This document shows, one piece after another, positions 55,455 through 64,000 of a stretch of DNA of 64,000 nt (position 1 is the first letter of the stretch; each line of letters begins with the position of its first letter). The notes beneath the pieces were generated by a model that saw only the letters and a program-made list of their open reading frames with translations, had not been told where the DNA came from and searched no databases. Location: positions 17,602 through 81,601 of the IMG/VR virus record IMGVR_UViG_3300042507_003741; one strand, 5' to 3'. The position numbers and the translations under genes were made by a program. This DNA is from a virus.

Positions 55455-56981
55455 TCACGTAGTGCTTGGGGACGTTCGCTTCTTGTATCCAGGCGTCGGG
55501 CCGATCACGCTCGGGCCACGCTTCGGCTTCCCGAGGAGTTGCGTGCGGCCCATGCCCTGACCACGCGGCGCCGGCTTGTTGCGGCCCTCGGCGTCAGCCA
55601 GAGCGAAGAGTTCATCGATCCGCCGCTTCACGGCCGAATACTCCGCTGAAGAGATATTGCCCTGCGAGGAGCGGATATTGAGTTCAGCCATCATCCGGCG
55701 GGCCTGGCTGCGGTAGTCCGATCCCTGGTTCTGGGCGATCTGCTGCTGGGAGTTCCGCTGGATGGAGCTGGTCTGCTGGTTCTGCTGTTCGACAGGCATG
55801 ATCGCAGGCTGCGATCCATTGCGCCGGCCCTCGGCAGCCATCTCATACAACTTGTTGGCCTGGTTGATCAGAGCGATGGACTCGGGCGTCTGGCGACCAG
55901 CCTGCCGCTGGATGTCGTTGGCCCGAGCGATGAGCGCCCGGGCCTGGGCTGCGTAGTCCGGAGGCCCCTGCTTCACGGTGGGCTGCGGAATGCCGGGAGT
56001 CGCTTCCACCGTGGGCACAGGGCGAGACTCGGCAGCCAAGTCCGCGGTTGTCGATCCCTTGACAGATGGCGGCTTAAACGCATCTTCGGGAAGCAGTTGC
56101 GTGACACCGAGTCCAGCACCAACACTAGCAGCCAAGGACTTCCACGGAACCCTGGGCCCGCCATCAACTGGCCTCGGGGGCTCGGGCTGTCCGGCCCGCA
56201 TGCCCGGGGACGGTCCACCGGTCAGCTCGTCGGCGGCCCGTGACGGCACGCCCGGGACTGGAGGCCGAGCGTCGGGCAGTCTCCGCGTGGGCTGCACAAC
56301 CTCAAACGGCACATCGATGGCCGGCATGCTGGACGGCCCCATTGGCACGCCAGCCGTCGTTCCAAGCCGGCGCTGAGTGGGAGACGGCAGGCCGCGGAGC
56401 GGAGCCGGGATCATGTCCAGTTGCCTGGTCAGGAGCTGACCCGGGCCAGACAGTTGACCAGTGACGCCCGGTCCTGGACGGCCCAGCGGGATCAGCGAAC
56501 GGATGTCCGGCTCCTGGGCGCTCGGGCCGAGCGGGAGTTCCATCTGCCGGGCTGGGCGAGGAGGCGGCGCAACGCCAGCGACGGGCGTGTCCATCACCCT
56601 CTTGGGTCGCCCGCGGCGGACGTTGTCGGCCTTGTTCACGGCGTTGCGGTACGCCTGCATGATCTCTTCGGGAGAAGCGGTGTCGATGCGAGCCGCGAAC
56701 TCGGGGTCCAGCTCCTGAAGCGCGGCACGGATATTGGGATCGGGGCGCATGCCAGTCTGGGCATTGCCAGCCACGCGGTCTTCCACGCTCACCGGACTCT
56801 CCATCCGTGCCCGTGGGGCGGGAGAGTTCATCGCATCGATGAGCCGGGAGAGGTCGGCCGGCGTCATGTTCTCCACGTTGGGGATGGAGCGAAGCAGCGC
56901 TTCAGCCTGGTCGGGATCCACGCCCCGGCCCGACAGCCACCCCATCAACGCTTCAAAGCCACGCGCCTTGCCTTTAGCCAT
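55455..56981 (-). CDS. putative internal virion protein
   Basis: Pro-rich; syntenic with 16753-20616. Confidence 0.5.
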   Translation of the reverse strand: MAKGKARGFEALMGWLSGRGVDPDQAEALLRSIPNVENMTPADLSRLIDAMNSPAPRARMESPVSVEDRVAGNAQTGMRPDPNIRAALQELDPEFAARIDTASPEEIMQAYRNAVNKADNVRRGRPKRVMDTPVAGVAPPPRPARQMELPLGPSAQEPDIRSLIPLGRPGPGVTGQLSGPGQLLTRQLDMIPAPLRGLPSPTQRRLGTTAGVPMGPSSMPAIDVPFEVVQPTRRLPDARPPVPGVPSRAADELTGGPSPGMRAGQPEPPRPVDGGPRVPWKSLAASVGAGLGVTQLLPEDAFKPPSVKGSTTADLAAESRPVPTVEATPGIPQPTVKQGPPDYAAQARALIARANDIQRQAGRQTPESIALINQANKLYEMAAEGRRNGSQPAIMPVEQQNQQTSSIQRNSQQQIAQNQGSDYRSQARRMMAELNIRSSQGNISSAEYSAVKRRIDELFALADAEGRNKPAPRGQGMGRTQLLGKPKRGPSVIGPTPGYKKRTSPSTT

Positions 56982-57231
56982 TCTTCTTCGCCTTCTTCTT
57001 GGGAAGGTCCGCCAGCTCACCGTCGCCAGGAAGATCGTCTTCGGCTACCTCGGGAGTGTTCGGCTTGCCGTGCATCTCCTCGTCCAGGTCAGCCAGGTCG
57101 TTCTTCTCAGCCCGCTTCTGGAGCTTGTCCAGGATCTTCTTCTCGTCACCGTCCTTGGCGACCAGGAGTTGCTTCACCATGCGCTCCAGAGCCGAGCGGT
57201 TGAGGTCACGGATGTCGAAGTCCATCTTCAT
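56974..57231 (-). CDS. small acidic/basic protein
   Basis: Homologue of 20616-20921. Confidence 0.7.
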   Translation of the reverse strand: MKMDFDIRDLNRSALERMVKQLLVAKDGDEKKILDKLQKRAEKNDLADLDEEMHGKPNTPEVAEDDLPGDGELADLPKKKAKKNG

Positions 57232-57617
57232 TACATAAGCCCCGAAAGAGCGCCGGCCCGCTGAAGCTGGGCCATGGCATTGGCGTAAGCGTTCTGCTGC
57301 TGAAGCGCGCCAAGCGCCTGAGCAAACTGTTCCTGGCCCTGCTCGGCCGTCAGACCAGCCAGCGCGGCGGTGTTGGCCTGCTGGGCCTGCTGGCCGTAGG
57401 CGTCCGCAATGCCATCAGCCATAGCCGTGGCCGCCTTGGCCCCGGCATGCTGCCGCTGGCCAGCGCCGCGGGACATGCCCGGTCGGTCAAGCGGCTTGAG
57501 GTTGTAGCGCACATCACCAGCCGCGTGAGCCTGGGCCATTCCGGCGTTGAACGGGCTGGGGTTGGCACGGTAGTCATAGGACGGCAGCGGCGGCTGCGCC
57601 AGGTTGACGTTGTTCAT
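57231..57617 (-). CDS. Ala/Gln-rich putative virion protein
   Basis: Homologue of 20918-21451. Confidence 0.65.
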   Translation of the reverse strand: MNNVNLAQPPLPSYDYRANPSPFNAGMAQAHAAGDVRYNLKPLDRPGMSRGAGQRQHAGAKAATAMADGIADAYGQQAQQANTAALAGLTAEQGQEQFAQALGALQQQNAYANAMAQLQRAGALSGLM

Positions 57618-57937
57618 CGAAATAGCCCCCCAAGGAGACTGCCAGCCAGAGAAGACTGGTACTGGTTTTGGAGTTGCTGAAGGCCCGCCATCTGTTGCAA
57701 GCCCTGGAGGGCAAGGCCGCGCTGGGCCTGCTGCTGGGCTACGCCGTACTGCATGTTGGCGTTGTCGGCCTCACGGGAGTAATCAGCCGCACGCACGCTG
57801 GCCGCCGCGTTGTAGGTGTCCTTGGCCGTCTGGTCGTACCCCGCGGGGGACTGCTTCTTCATGCCGGCCACCGCACCCGCACGCATCTCGTCGGAGATGG
57901 GAGGGCGGTACGCGAGCCTGGTGTCGTACGAAATCAC
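57614..57937 (-). CDS. Gln-rich putative virion protein
   Basis: GTG start overlapping upstream stop; syntenic. Confidence 0.55.
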   Translation of the reverse strand: MISYDTRLAYRPPISDEMRAGAVAGMKKQSPAGYDQTAKDTYNAAASVRAADYSREADNANMQYGVAQQQAQRGLALQGLQQMAGLQQLQNQYQSSLAGSLLGGLFR

Positions 57938-58923
57938 TAGCCCATATCTCCAATGAAGCCCCGCCCGCTGGCGATGACTGAGGCGGGCGTGCCGGGCCGC
58001 CAAGCCTTCCTCGGCGCCTGCGGCCCAGTGATCCCAAAGGCGTTATGCAGATTCGTCATGGCGCCTTGCATCATCTGCCCGTACTGGTTCAGTTGCCCCA
58101 ACGCACCGCTGTACCCGGAGTTCAACTGGTTCAGAACGCCACCAAACTGGGCACGGTTCGCTGGGTTGTTCTGCGTGGCATAGAACTGGTTCATGCCCAT
58201 CTGCGATGCACCAAGCCCCTGGCCGGCGAGGGAGTGCAGGCCACCCAGAGTCTGGGAGAGCATCTGCTGCGGGGCGTACCGCGAGCTGTAATAGGCGCGG
58301 TCAAGCTGGTCCCGTCCGGAGTCGGCCTGCGACGAGATGCCACCGTCGCCCGACAGGATGTCGCGCCGCAGCGTGTTCAGGAACGACATTGATCCGCCCG
58401 GGGAAGACGAACCGCCAAACGAGCCCGATGAAATGGGCCCCGACACGCCCGTCGCAGAGAACCCCGATCCAGGGGCGTTCATGCCAGACAGCACTCCAGC
58501 CCCAGCCAGGGCAGCCAGGTTGTTGTTGCGGCCAGTGGCGTACTGCGAACGGGCCATCTGATTGGCGGCCTGCATGTCAGCCGCAGACTTTTGGTACGCA
58601 GCCTGGTTGGCCGCCCACGCCTGCATGGCGTTATTGCTGGCCCCACCAAACGCACTGAGGGCCCCAGCCCCGATGTTGGAGGCAGCGTTCTGGCGGGCCG
58701 CTTCTGCCATGGCATTGGCGCCGTACCAGCCGGTTCGCTCGTTGGCCATAGCACCGGCGACGTTGCCCAGTCCCTGTGCCATGCCGCCAAACGCCTGCCC
58801 TGCCGCGCCGGCGAACTGCCCGGGCTGCGAGTAGAGCGCGCCCAGCAGGCTCGCCTGGGCTTGAGCCCTCTGGCCTGCGGCCCCGTCGTTAAAGGAGGCG
58901 TACGGCTGTGTGGTGTTAAACAT
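57937..58923 (-). CDS. Gly/Ala/Gln-rich DNA pilot/ejection-like protein
   Basis: Composition and position after promoter motif. Confidence 0.55.
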   Translation of the reverse strand: MFNTTQPYASFNDGAAGQRAQAQASLLGALYSQPGQFAGAAGQAFGGMAQGLGNVAGAMANERTGWYGANAMAEAARQNAASNIGAGALSAFGGASNNAMQAWAANQAAYQKSAADMQAANQMARSQYATGRNNNLAALAGAGVLSGMNAPGSGFSATGVSGPISSGSFGGSSSPGGSMSFLNTLRRDILSGDGGISSQADSGRDQLDRAYYSSRYAPQQMLSQTLGGLHSLAGQGLGASQMGMNQFYATQNNPANRAQFGGVLNQLNSGYSGALGQLNQYGQMMQGAMTNLHNAFGITGPQAPRKAWRPGTPASVIASGRGFIGDMG

Positions 58924-58937
58924 GCATATCCCTCACT

Positions 58938-58948
58938 GACTAATGTCC
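58938..58948 (-). promoter_or_regulatory. putative late-promoter motif GGACATTAGTC
   Basis: Variant of segment 1 motif at the syntenic position. Confidence 0.5.
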
Positions 58949-58951
58949 GTT

Positions 58952-59704
58952 TCAGGGCCGGATGACTACCTTCAGGTTGACCCCTAGTTTCCGCTCGTCT
59001 ACGCGGCAGTATTCCTCGTTGAAAGTGGCCTTGCGCAGAATCTTTTTGTTCTGCGGCCAGCCGGTGATCTGGAGCGACCGTATTTGGCGCTCCAGCGCAC
59101 GGACACGCCCGTCCAGGTTTATGAGCCAGTTGACAATGGGCCGCAGGTCGGCGTTGATTTCCTGGGTGATGTTGTTGATATTCAGCAAGAAACCAGGAAT
59201 GCCATCCAAACCCCTGGCCCCCTGCGGGCCGGCTGGGCCATCAGCCCCGTCTGTTCCGGGAGCAGGGTCACCATTGATGGTCTGGACGGTGATGTTGTTG
59301 GCGACATGGTTTTCGGTGGTCAGGTTCTCGGTGTACGTATCACCCTGAACCGTGACCGCAGGAGCCGTGTAGTATTGGTTGAGACTCTGCTGGAGCACCG
59401 TCCGGAGATCGAAGTACGGCGACCCGTAGAACGTGCTGTTCCAATCGCCGGCCTGGTATCCGCCACCGCTCGGGGCTTCAACGAACCCCTGCGGTCGGAA
59501 TAGGCCCGGGTAGTCGTTGGGGTTCCAGCCGCCGGCTGGCACCAGACCACCGGGAGGGGAGGCCAGGCCGTTACTGAAGGCCACTGGCCCCCGATGCTCC
59601 ATCGGCTGGGTGCAGTTGAACAGGGATTGCGTCAGTGCCTGCTGGGCAGGACTGACCTGCCCCTGCATCGCCCTGTTAAACGCTGGAGCCGCGCGTGTCA
59701 GCAT
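58952..59704 (-). CDS. tail protein with short collagen-like repeat and coiled coil
   Basis: GTDGADGPAGPQGARGLDGIPG; LDGRVRALERQIR. Confidence 0.6.
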   Translation of the reverse strand: MLTRAAPAFNRAMQGQVSPAQQALTQSLFNCTQPMEHRGPVAFSNGLASPPGGLVPAGGWNPNDYPGLFRPQGFVEAPSGGGYQAGDWNSTFYGSPYFDLRTVLQQSLNQYYTAPAVTVQGDTYTENLTTENHVANNITVQTINGDPAPGTDGADGPAGPQGARGLDGIPGFLLNINNITQEINADLRPIVNWLINLDGRVRALERQIRSLQITGWPQNKKILRKATFNEEYCRVDERKLGVNLKVVIRP

Positions 59705-62328
59705 CAGCTTGCCCCCGCAACTGTCATGGAGTGGAGCTGCACGGTGCCCGTGGACTGCGTTCCAGACAGGGCAATCGCCACATGCCGATCACCACCGGCA
59801 CTCATCTCGTCCACTCGGCCGGACATGCTGACGCGGGCGTACCCCGTCGCCTGGCCAAGAGCGCTGCGGTCGGAGGCCATGTTAAGCGTGGCGACTGACG
59901 AGCCGGTAACGACAGTCACGCCATCCCCGCGGTCGGCGGCAACGGCATTGGTGCGAGCGACGGTGGAGTTGTTGTAGTGCAGGCCAATCGCCAGCGACTC
60001 AGGCGTCGGCGTGTACAGTATGCCCAGCGAACGGTTGCCCTTCTCGTCCACCAACGGACGCGGAGAGCTGCGATAGAGCCACGGCACGGCGGTAGTGCTA
60101 CCGGAAGTAGTGGCATCGACACGCCCGCCAGGCTGAAGGATTTTGCCTGCCTCGCCGCCGTACAGCACCGTCTGCCGCTGGCCAGCAACGGACGCAGCGG
60201 CATGCGGGAGCGCCTGCGGGAACGTCTCCTCCCACCACGCCTGCGTGGACAGCGAGTAGCACAGCGCCCGCTTGGGGTAGATCCCATCCGTGGACTGGCA
60301 GTAAAAGAACCGGATGACCCGCTCCTGCGGGCTGGCCTTCACATAGCAGTATTTGCGCTTGGTGAAGTCGATGATGCCGTCACGCCAGTAGTTGTCGATG
60401 GGGGCCGAGATGGCCTGCTCCTGTGACCCGTCGAAGGCGTAGACCCCATAGTCATCCGCAATAAACGCCACGCCCCCAAACACATCCCAGCACCGGGAGT
60501 TCATCGCCCCGCGGTAAGACACCAGCGTGATCGACGCATCGATGATCGGCTGACTGACATACTGCAAGCGGTATACATGCCGGTTCTGGGCAATCAGCAT
60601 GGATCCGCCGAAGGGAATCAACGCCACAATCGCATCGGAGTCGATGGCGTTTTCCTGCACCACCAGCTCGTTGGATTCGGGCACCGACTCGGGCTCGTCC
60701 ACCTCGGAGTAGTAGAGGCTGTTGGGCTTGCTGCCGGTGGTGTCCACGGCATACCAGGCCCGGTCCTGGAACATGCAGCCAACGGCCATGGTCTGCGGCG
60801 GCGGGTCGAACCGACGAGCGTTGACCTGGCCGCTGGGAAGGACAATCGGCATCAGGCCGTAGACGCTGCTGACGTTCGACGCAACCGTATTGCGGTCGGT
60901 GTCCAGCAGGTCCAGGTCCGTGAGGGTGTCCACGTAGGATGTGGTCGTAAACTCGCCTCCCACCTTGTCGATTCGGGCCACCCGGTACAGCACCACCGAC
61001 TGATCGGCGGTGGTCCGCCACAACTCAATCGCATGCACCCGGCTCTCCATGCCTTGGTTGTTCAGCGACCAGGTGAGCGACTGGAGGCCAGTGGTGGCAT
61101 CGATCTCCTTCAGTTCGGAGATGGAACTTGGGATCGGGCCGCCCTGAGACTCGGGCGTGTCATCCAGGTAGCGGATGCAGCACTGATAGATCCCTTTGAT
61201 AGTGGGGGCGACCACTGCAAGGGCCTTGGCGCTGGTGTCAGCAATGGCTGCCGTGGGCGGGAGTGAGTATCGACCGCCCGCCAACACCGTCACGCCAGTG
61301 ATCTGCCCGGCGGAGTTGATGGCGCAGGTCGCTGCCGCACCGCCACCCAGGTAGTCCTGCGGATGAGGGTAGAACGTGATGACGGGCGGAGACATATACC
61401 CCGTGCCAGAGTTTGCCACCGACACAGAGTGAACGGAATACTCTAGGATGGGCCTGGCCGACGCCTGCGTGGTCGCGCCTCCTCCGGTAAGCGAAACCGT
61501 CACTCCGGTGGCCGTGGCACCTGTCCCTCCCGCCAGAACATCGGCACCCACCACCACCTTGTCATCCGTGTCCACGCCAACAACAACATTGGCGCCCGTC
61601 AGGCCCTGGGTGTTGTGAAACGTGACCGTTGGTGCCCCGGTGTAGCCAGATCCGACAGAGAGGAACTCCAGGCCCACAAGGCTCCCTTGGACGTTGCAGG
61701 TAAACGCAGCGCTACTGCCCTGCCCGCCGACAAAAGACACCTGCGGGGCGGCCGTGTATCCCGTACCGCGGTCGGTTAGCCGCACGCCGCTGACCCGGCC
61801 GTTGGCGACCGTCACCACTGCCGCCGCTGACGTTGTCGCCCCGCCACCAGTAAACGCGGCCCCCGGGACGCTCGCGTAGCCATTGCCGCGGTCGATGACC
61901 TGCACTTCGGCAACGTAATACTTCTGCCCCGAGGTCGATCCGACAGGGGCGGCAAAGCTCGCCGGCTTAGAGATGCCCAGCGGTTCCAGGTATGGCGTCT
62001 CGCCGTCCCAGCGGAACCCACGGCCGTGGCCGTCCACGCCGTACATGTCATGCCGGCCTTTGAAGAACGTCACGGGCCGGGTGCCGGCGAACGACAGGAC
62101 GCTAGCGGTGGCTGCTGCGGCGCCGGCTGAAAACGAAACGGTCGGGGCCGAGGTGTATCCCGTGCCGGCGTTGGTGATGAGCACGCTCTGGACCATGGTG
62201 CCGGCCATCTGGGCGACCGCCGCGGCGCCAGTCCCGCCGCCACCGGAGATGGTCACGGAAGGCGCAGAGCCATAGCCGCTGCCGCCAGAGCCCACCGTCA
62301 CCTTGACCACCCCAGAACCAAGCTGCAT
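59704..62328 (-). CDS. tail hub/nozzle-like protein (second copy)
   Basis: [21 protein letters not shown]; GxGY repeats. Confidence 0.7.
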   Translation of the reverse strand: MQLGSGVVKVTVGSGGSGYGSAPSVTISGGGGTGAAAVAQMAGTMVQSVLITNAGTGYTSAPTVSFSAGAAAATASVLSFAGTRPVTFFKGRHDMYGVDGHGRGFRWDGETPYLEPLGISKPASFAAPVGSTSGQKYYVAEVQVIDRGNGYASVPGAAFTGGGATTSAAAVVTVANGRVSGVRLTDRGTGYTAAPQVSFVGGQGSSAAFTCNVQGSLVGLEFLSVGSGYTGAPTVTFHNTQGLTGANVVVGVDTDDKVVVGADVLAGGTGATATGVTVSLTGGGATTQASARPILEYSVHSVSVANSGTGYMSPPVITFYPHPQDYLGGGAAATCAINSAGQITGVTVLAGGRYSLPPTAAIADTSAKALAVVAPTIKGIYQCCIRYLDDTPESQGGPIPSSISELKEIDATTGLQSLTWSLNNQGMESRVHAIELWRTTADQSVVLYRVARIDKVGGEFTTTSYVDTLTDLDLLDTDRNTVASNVSSVYGLMPIVLPSGQVNARRFDPPPQTMAVGCMFQDRAWYAVDTTGSKPNSLYYSEVDEPESVPESNELVVQENAIDSDAIVALIPFGGSMLIAQNRHVYRLQYVSQPIIDASITLVSYRGAMNSRCWDVFGGVAFIADDYGVYAFDGSQEQAISAPIDNYWRDGIIDFTKRKYCYVKASPQERVIRFFYCQSTDGIYPKRALCYSLSTQAWWEETFPQALPHAAASVAGQRQTVLYGGEAGKILQPGGRVDATTSGSTTAVPWLYRSSPRPLVDEKGNRSLGILYTPTPESLAIGLHYNNSTVARTNAVAADRGDGVTVVTGSSVATLNMASDRSALGQATGYARVSMSGRVDEMSAGGDRHVAIALSGTQSTGTVQLHSMTVAGAS

Positions 62329-62597
62329 TAGACAGCCCCCTTGGCAACATAGATCCCGCCTGCGGCGTTCTGGTAGACCAAGTGGCCTGTGGTGCTGTGC
62401 TGAAAGTGAAACATCTGCACAACGGCCGTGGTGGATCCGGTGTGCGTGGCGAACGACACGTTGGTCATGCCGCTGCGGACAACGACAGACCCCGGCACCA
62501 GGGCTTGCAGATTGACCTGCGTGGCCGCCGCAGTCGCAGGCACAGAGTAGGGGCTGGCGTTAGTGACCAGACCCTTCCATGAGTCTATGGTGATCAT
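62328..62597 (-). CDS. small tail protein
   Basis: [11 protein letters not shown]; homologue of 28458-28826. Confidence 0.65.
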   Translation of the reverse strand: MITIDSWKGLVTNASPYSVPATAAATQVNLQALVPGSVVVRSGMTNVSFATHTGSTTAVVQMFHFQHSTTGHLVYQNAAGGIYVAKGAV

Positions 62598-63733
62598 CCC
62601 TGGTCTGGCATGAGCGGGCTACGCCAGCCCCCGTAATGGTAAATCTGTCGGCTGCGACCGCTGAGTGGAGCGAGCTGGTCCTGTTCCATCGCCAACCTGA
62701 GATCCCTCTGGTACATCTGGAACATCTTGTCCACCGCCTGTCCGCGGATGCGTGCCAGCCAGTAGTCGCAGCAGCTATCCAGGGCGGCCTGCATGTGAGG
62801 TGCGACATCCATCGGGTCAGTGATCAAATACTTGGTCGAACCGGCCACCGTCCCAGAGTCATCGGTGGTCAGTGCGGTCGAAGACCCAACCGTAGCGATG
62901 CGGCTCTCGGACACCCACGGCGTCAGCGACTCAATCGGCCCCGGGATGTTGGTAACATCGCCAACACGCAGGATCGAACCCACCATCGCAGACGAGAAGG
63001 CAGTTCCCGTTCCGGTGACGGTGGCGGCGCTGCGGCTGATCGTCCCCTGACGCAGGGCTGCCTCATGGCCGGAATAGCGAATCGGCCTGGCAGTACGCCG
63101 GTAGGTGAAGTCGATGGTTTCCTTGGCGGTCGGCCATCCCACCAACTTGATCGCCCAGCTCGCACCGTGGGGGTCTTTGATCAGGGTCCAGTGGTAGGGC
63201 TCACCCGACGAGTTGCTCACCCGTTCGATCTTCATCGCCTCATCGGGGGTCACATACAGCCCAGACCACCAGTTGAACTCGTCGCTGGGCTCGTCCATGT
63301 TTTTGAAGTCGGACGGCAACGGGTAGATGGTGCGGAACAGGGTGAATGGTGACCCGGCCGTCACATCGATCCCAGAGAAGGCCGACTCCAGCGTCACCGC
63401 CGTGGCACTGGAATAGGAGGCGAGTGGATACGAACGGTCGCCTGTCCGGAGAGTCCAGTGTTTGGCGTTCGACGCCGTCACGCCGGCCGTGGCAAAAGAC
63501 CCTCCAGTGAGCGTCACGGCTCCGGAGGACACTCCGATGGTCCCGGTGGTATATGCCGGATTGGTGACGATGCGCCCGTGAACGGAGTAGTAGCCCCAGT
63601 CACGGATCGTTGTCAGCTCGTTGTACGCCCGATGAATGGCAGACCGGATGTCACGCTGCTCGGCATCCTGCGGCCCGCCGTAGGAGGAGACAATCAGGGA
63701 TTCAACCAGGTCGTAGTATGTGATGTAGCCCAC
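62594..63733 (-). CDS. head-tail adaptor-like protein (second copy)
   Basis: GGPQDAEQR..RDW, FTYRR, Y.RDLR.A.E.D..APLSG. Confidence 0.65.
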   Translation of the reverse strand: MGYITYYDLVESLIVSSYGGPQDAEQRDIRSAIHRAYNELTTIRDWGYYSVHGRIVTNPAYTTGTIGVSSGAVTLTGGSFATAGVTASNAKHWTLRTGDRSYPLASYSSATAVTLESAFSGIDVTAGSPFTLFRTIYPLPSDFKNMDEPSDEFNWWSGLYVTPDEAMKIERVSNSSGEPYHWTLIKDPHGASWAIKLVGWPTAKETIDFTYRRTARPIRYSGHEAALRQGTISRSAATVTGTGTAFSSAMVGSILRVGDVTNIPGPIESLTPWVSESRIATVGSSTALTTDDSGTVAGSTKYLITDPMDVAPHMQAALDSCCDYWLARIRGQAVDKMFQMYQRDLRLAMEQDQLAPLSGRSRQIYHYGGWRSPLMPDQG

Positions 63734-64000
63734 TTACTCCCCCTCTGCCGGCAGCATCGCGACGGCGTCGGCCCACGGCATCACTTCGACGGCAGGCAAA
63801 AGCACGGCCATATCCGCGTGTCGCCACATCTCGTACAGCAGACCGCCGGGCGTGACTTCGGTGAGTAGGTCGGCCGAAAGCATGAGACGGCCATCCGTCA
63901 AGACGCGAGGAACTGGCACGCACTTGCTGGTGCCATGCTCTGCGTGGAGTTCCGCGAGCCTTGCGGCGAGCTGCGGTGTGAACACCAGCGCGTATTGTCT
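63734..64000 (-). CDS. hypothetical protein (partial)
   Basis: Frame open to window edge; LTDGRLMLSADLLTE. Confidence 0.55.
   Translation of the reverse strand, partial: RQYALVFTPQLAARLAELHAEHGTSKCVPVPRVLTDGRLMLSADLLTEVTPGGLLYEMWRHADMAVLLPAVEVMPWADAVAMLPAEGE

Larger units (their letters stand above)
44150..64000 (-). mobile_element. Phage genome segment 2, divergent relative of segment 1, truncated at right; left boundary approximate
   Basis: Second syntenic set of helicase/ERF/exonuclease/recombinase/virion genes; AGCT frequent. Confidence 0.8.

Noticed and set aside
44428-64000. Recent segmental duplication within one genome
   Set aside because: Copies share only protein motifs and differ in gene content and oligonucleotide avoidance
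1-64000. Diversity-generating retroelement or retron
   Set aside because: No reverse transcriptase motifs and no TR/VR pair noticed

Overview
GC-rich, densely coding phage DNA with almost all genes on the minus strand. The window holds two related but well-diverged podovirus-like genome segments joined near 44 kb. Segment 1 (1 to ~44.0 kb) has a late membrane-protein/papain-like protease cluster, nucleotide-metabolism and nuclease genes, an SF2 helicase, ERF/RecE-like recombination genes, a lone plus-strand tyrosine recombinase, internal virion proteins, tail hub/adaptor, portal, terminase, capsid, scaffold and a block of small early genes. Segment 2 (~44.2-64 kb) repeats the helicase, ERF, exonuclease, recombinase, internal virion, tail hub and adaptor genes as divergent homologues. 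A manual scan found no AGCT in bases 1-44466 but roughly 35-40 copies after that, which marks the join. The main finding is an integron-type cassette array at 41.7-42.7 kb. It has four attC sites, three complete cassettes whose ends show 8-10 bp reciprocal core complementarity, ORFs inverted relative to canonical cassettes with stop codons inside the R' core, and no integron integrase in the window. Other candidates are a ~320-nt structured RNA beside a PD-(D/E)XK nuclease, a shared late-promoter motif, a tRNA 5' fragment and CsrA-like hairpins near the second recombinase, and an endolysin-free protease-based lysis cluster. All product calls come from motif recognition by eye; no database searches were run, and the host is not established.
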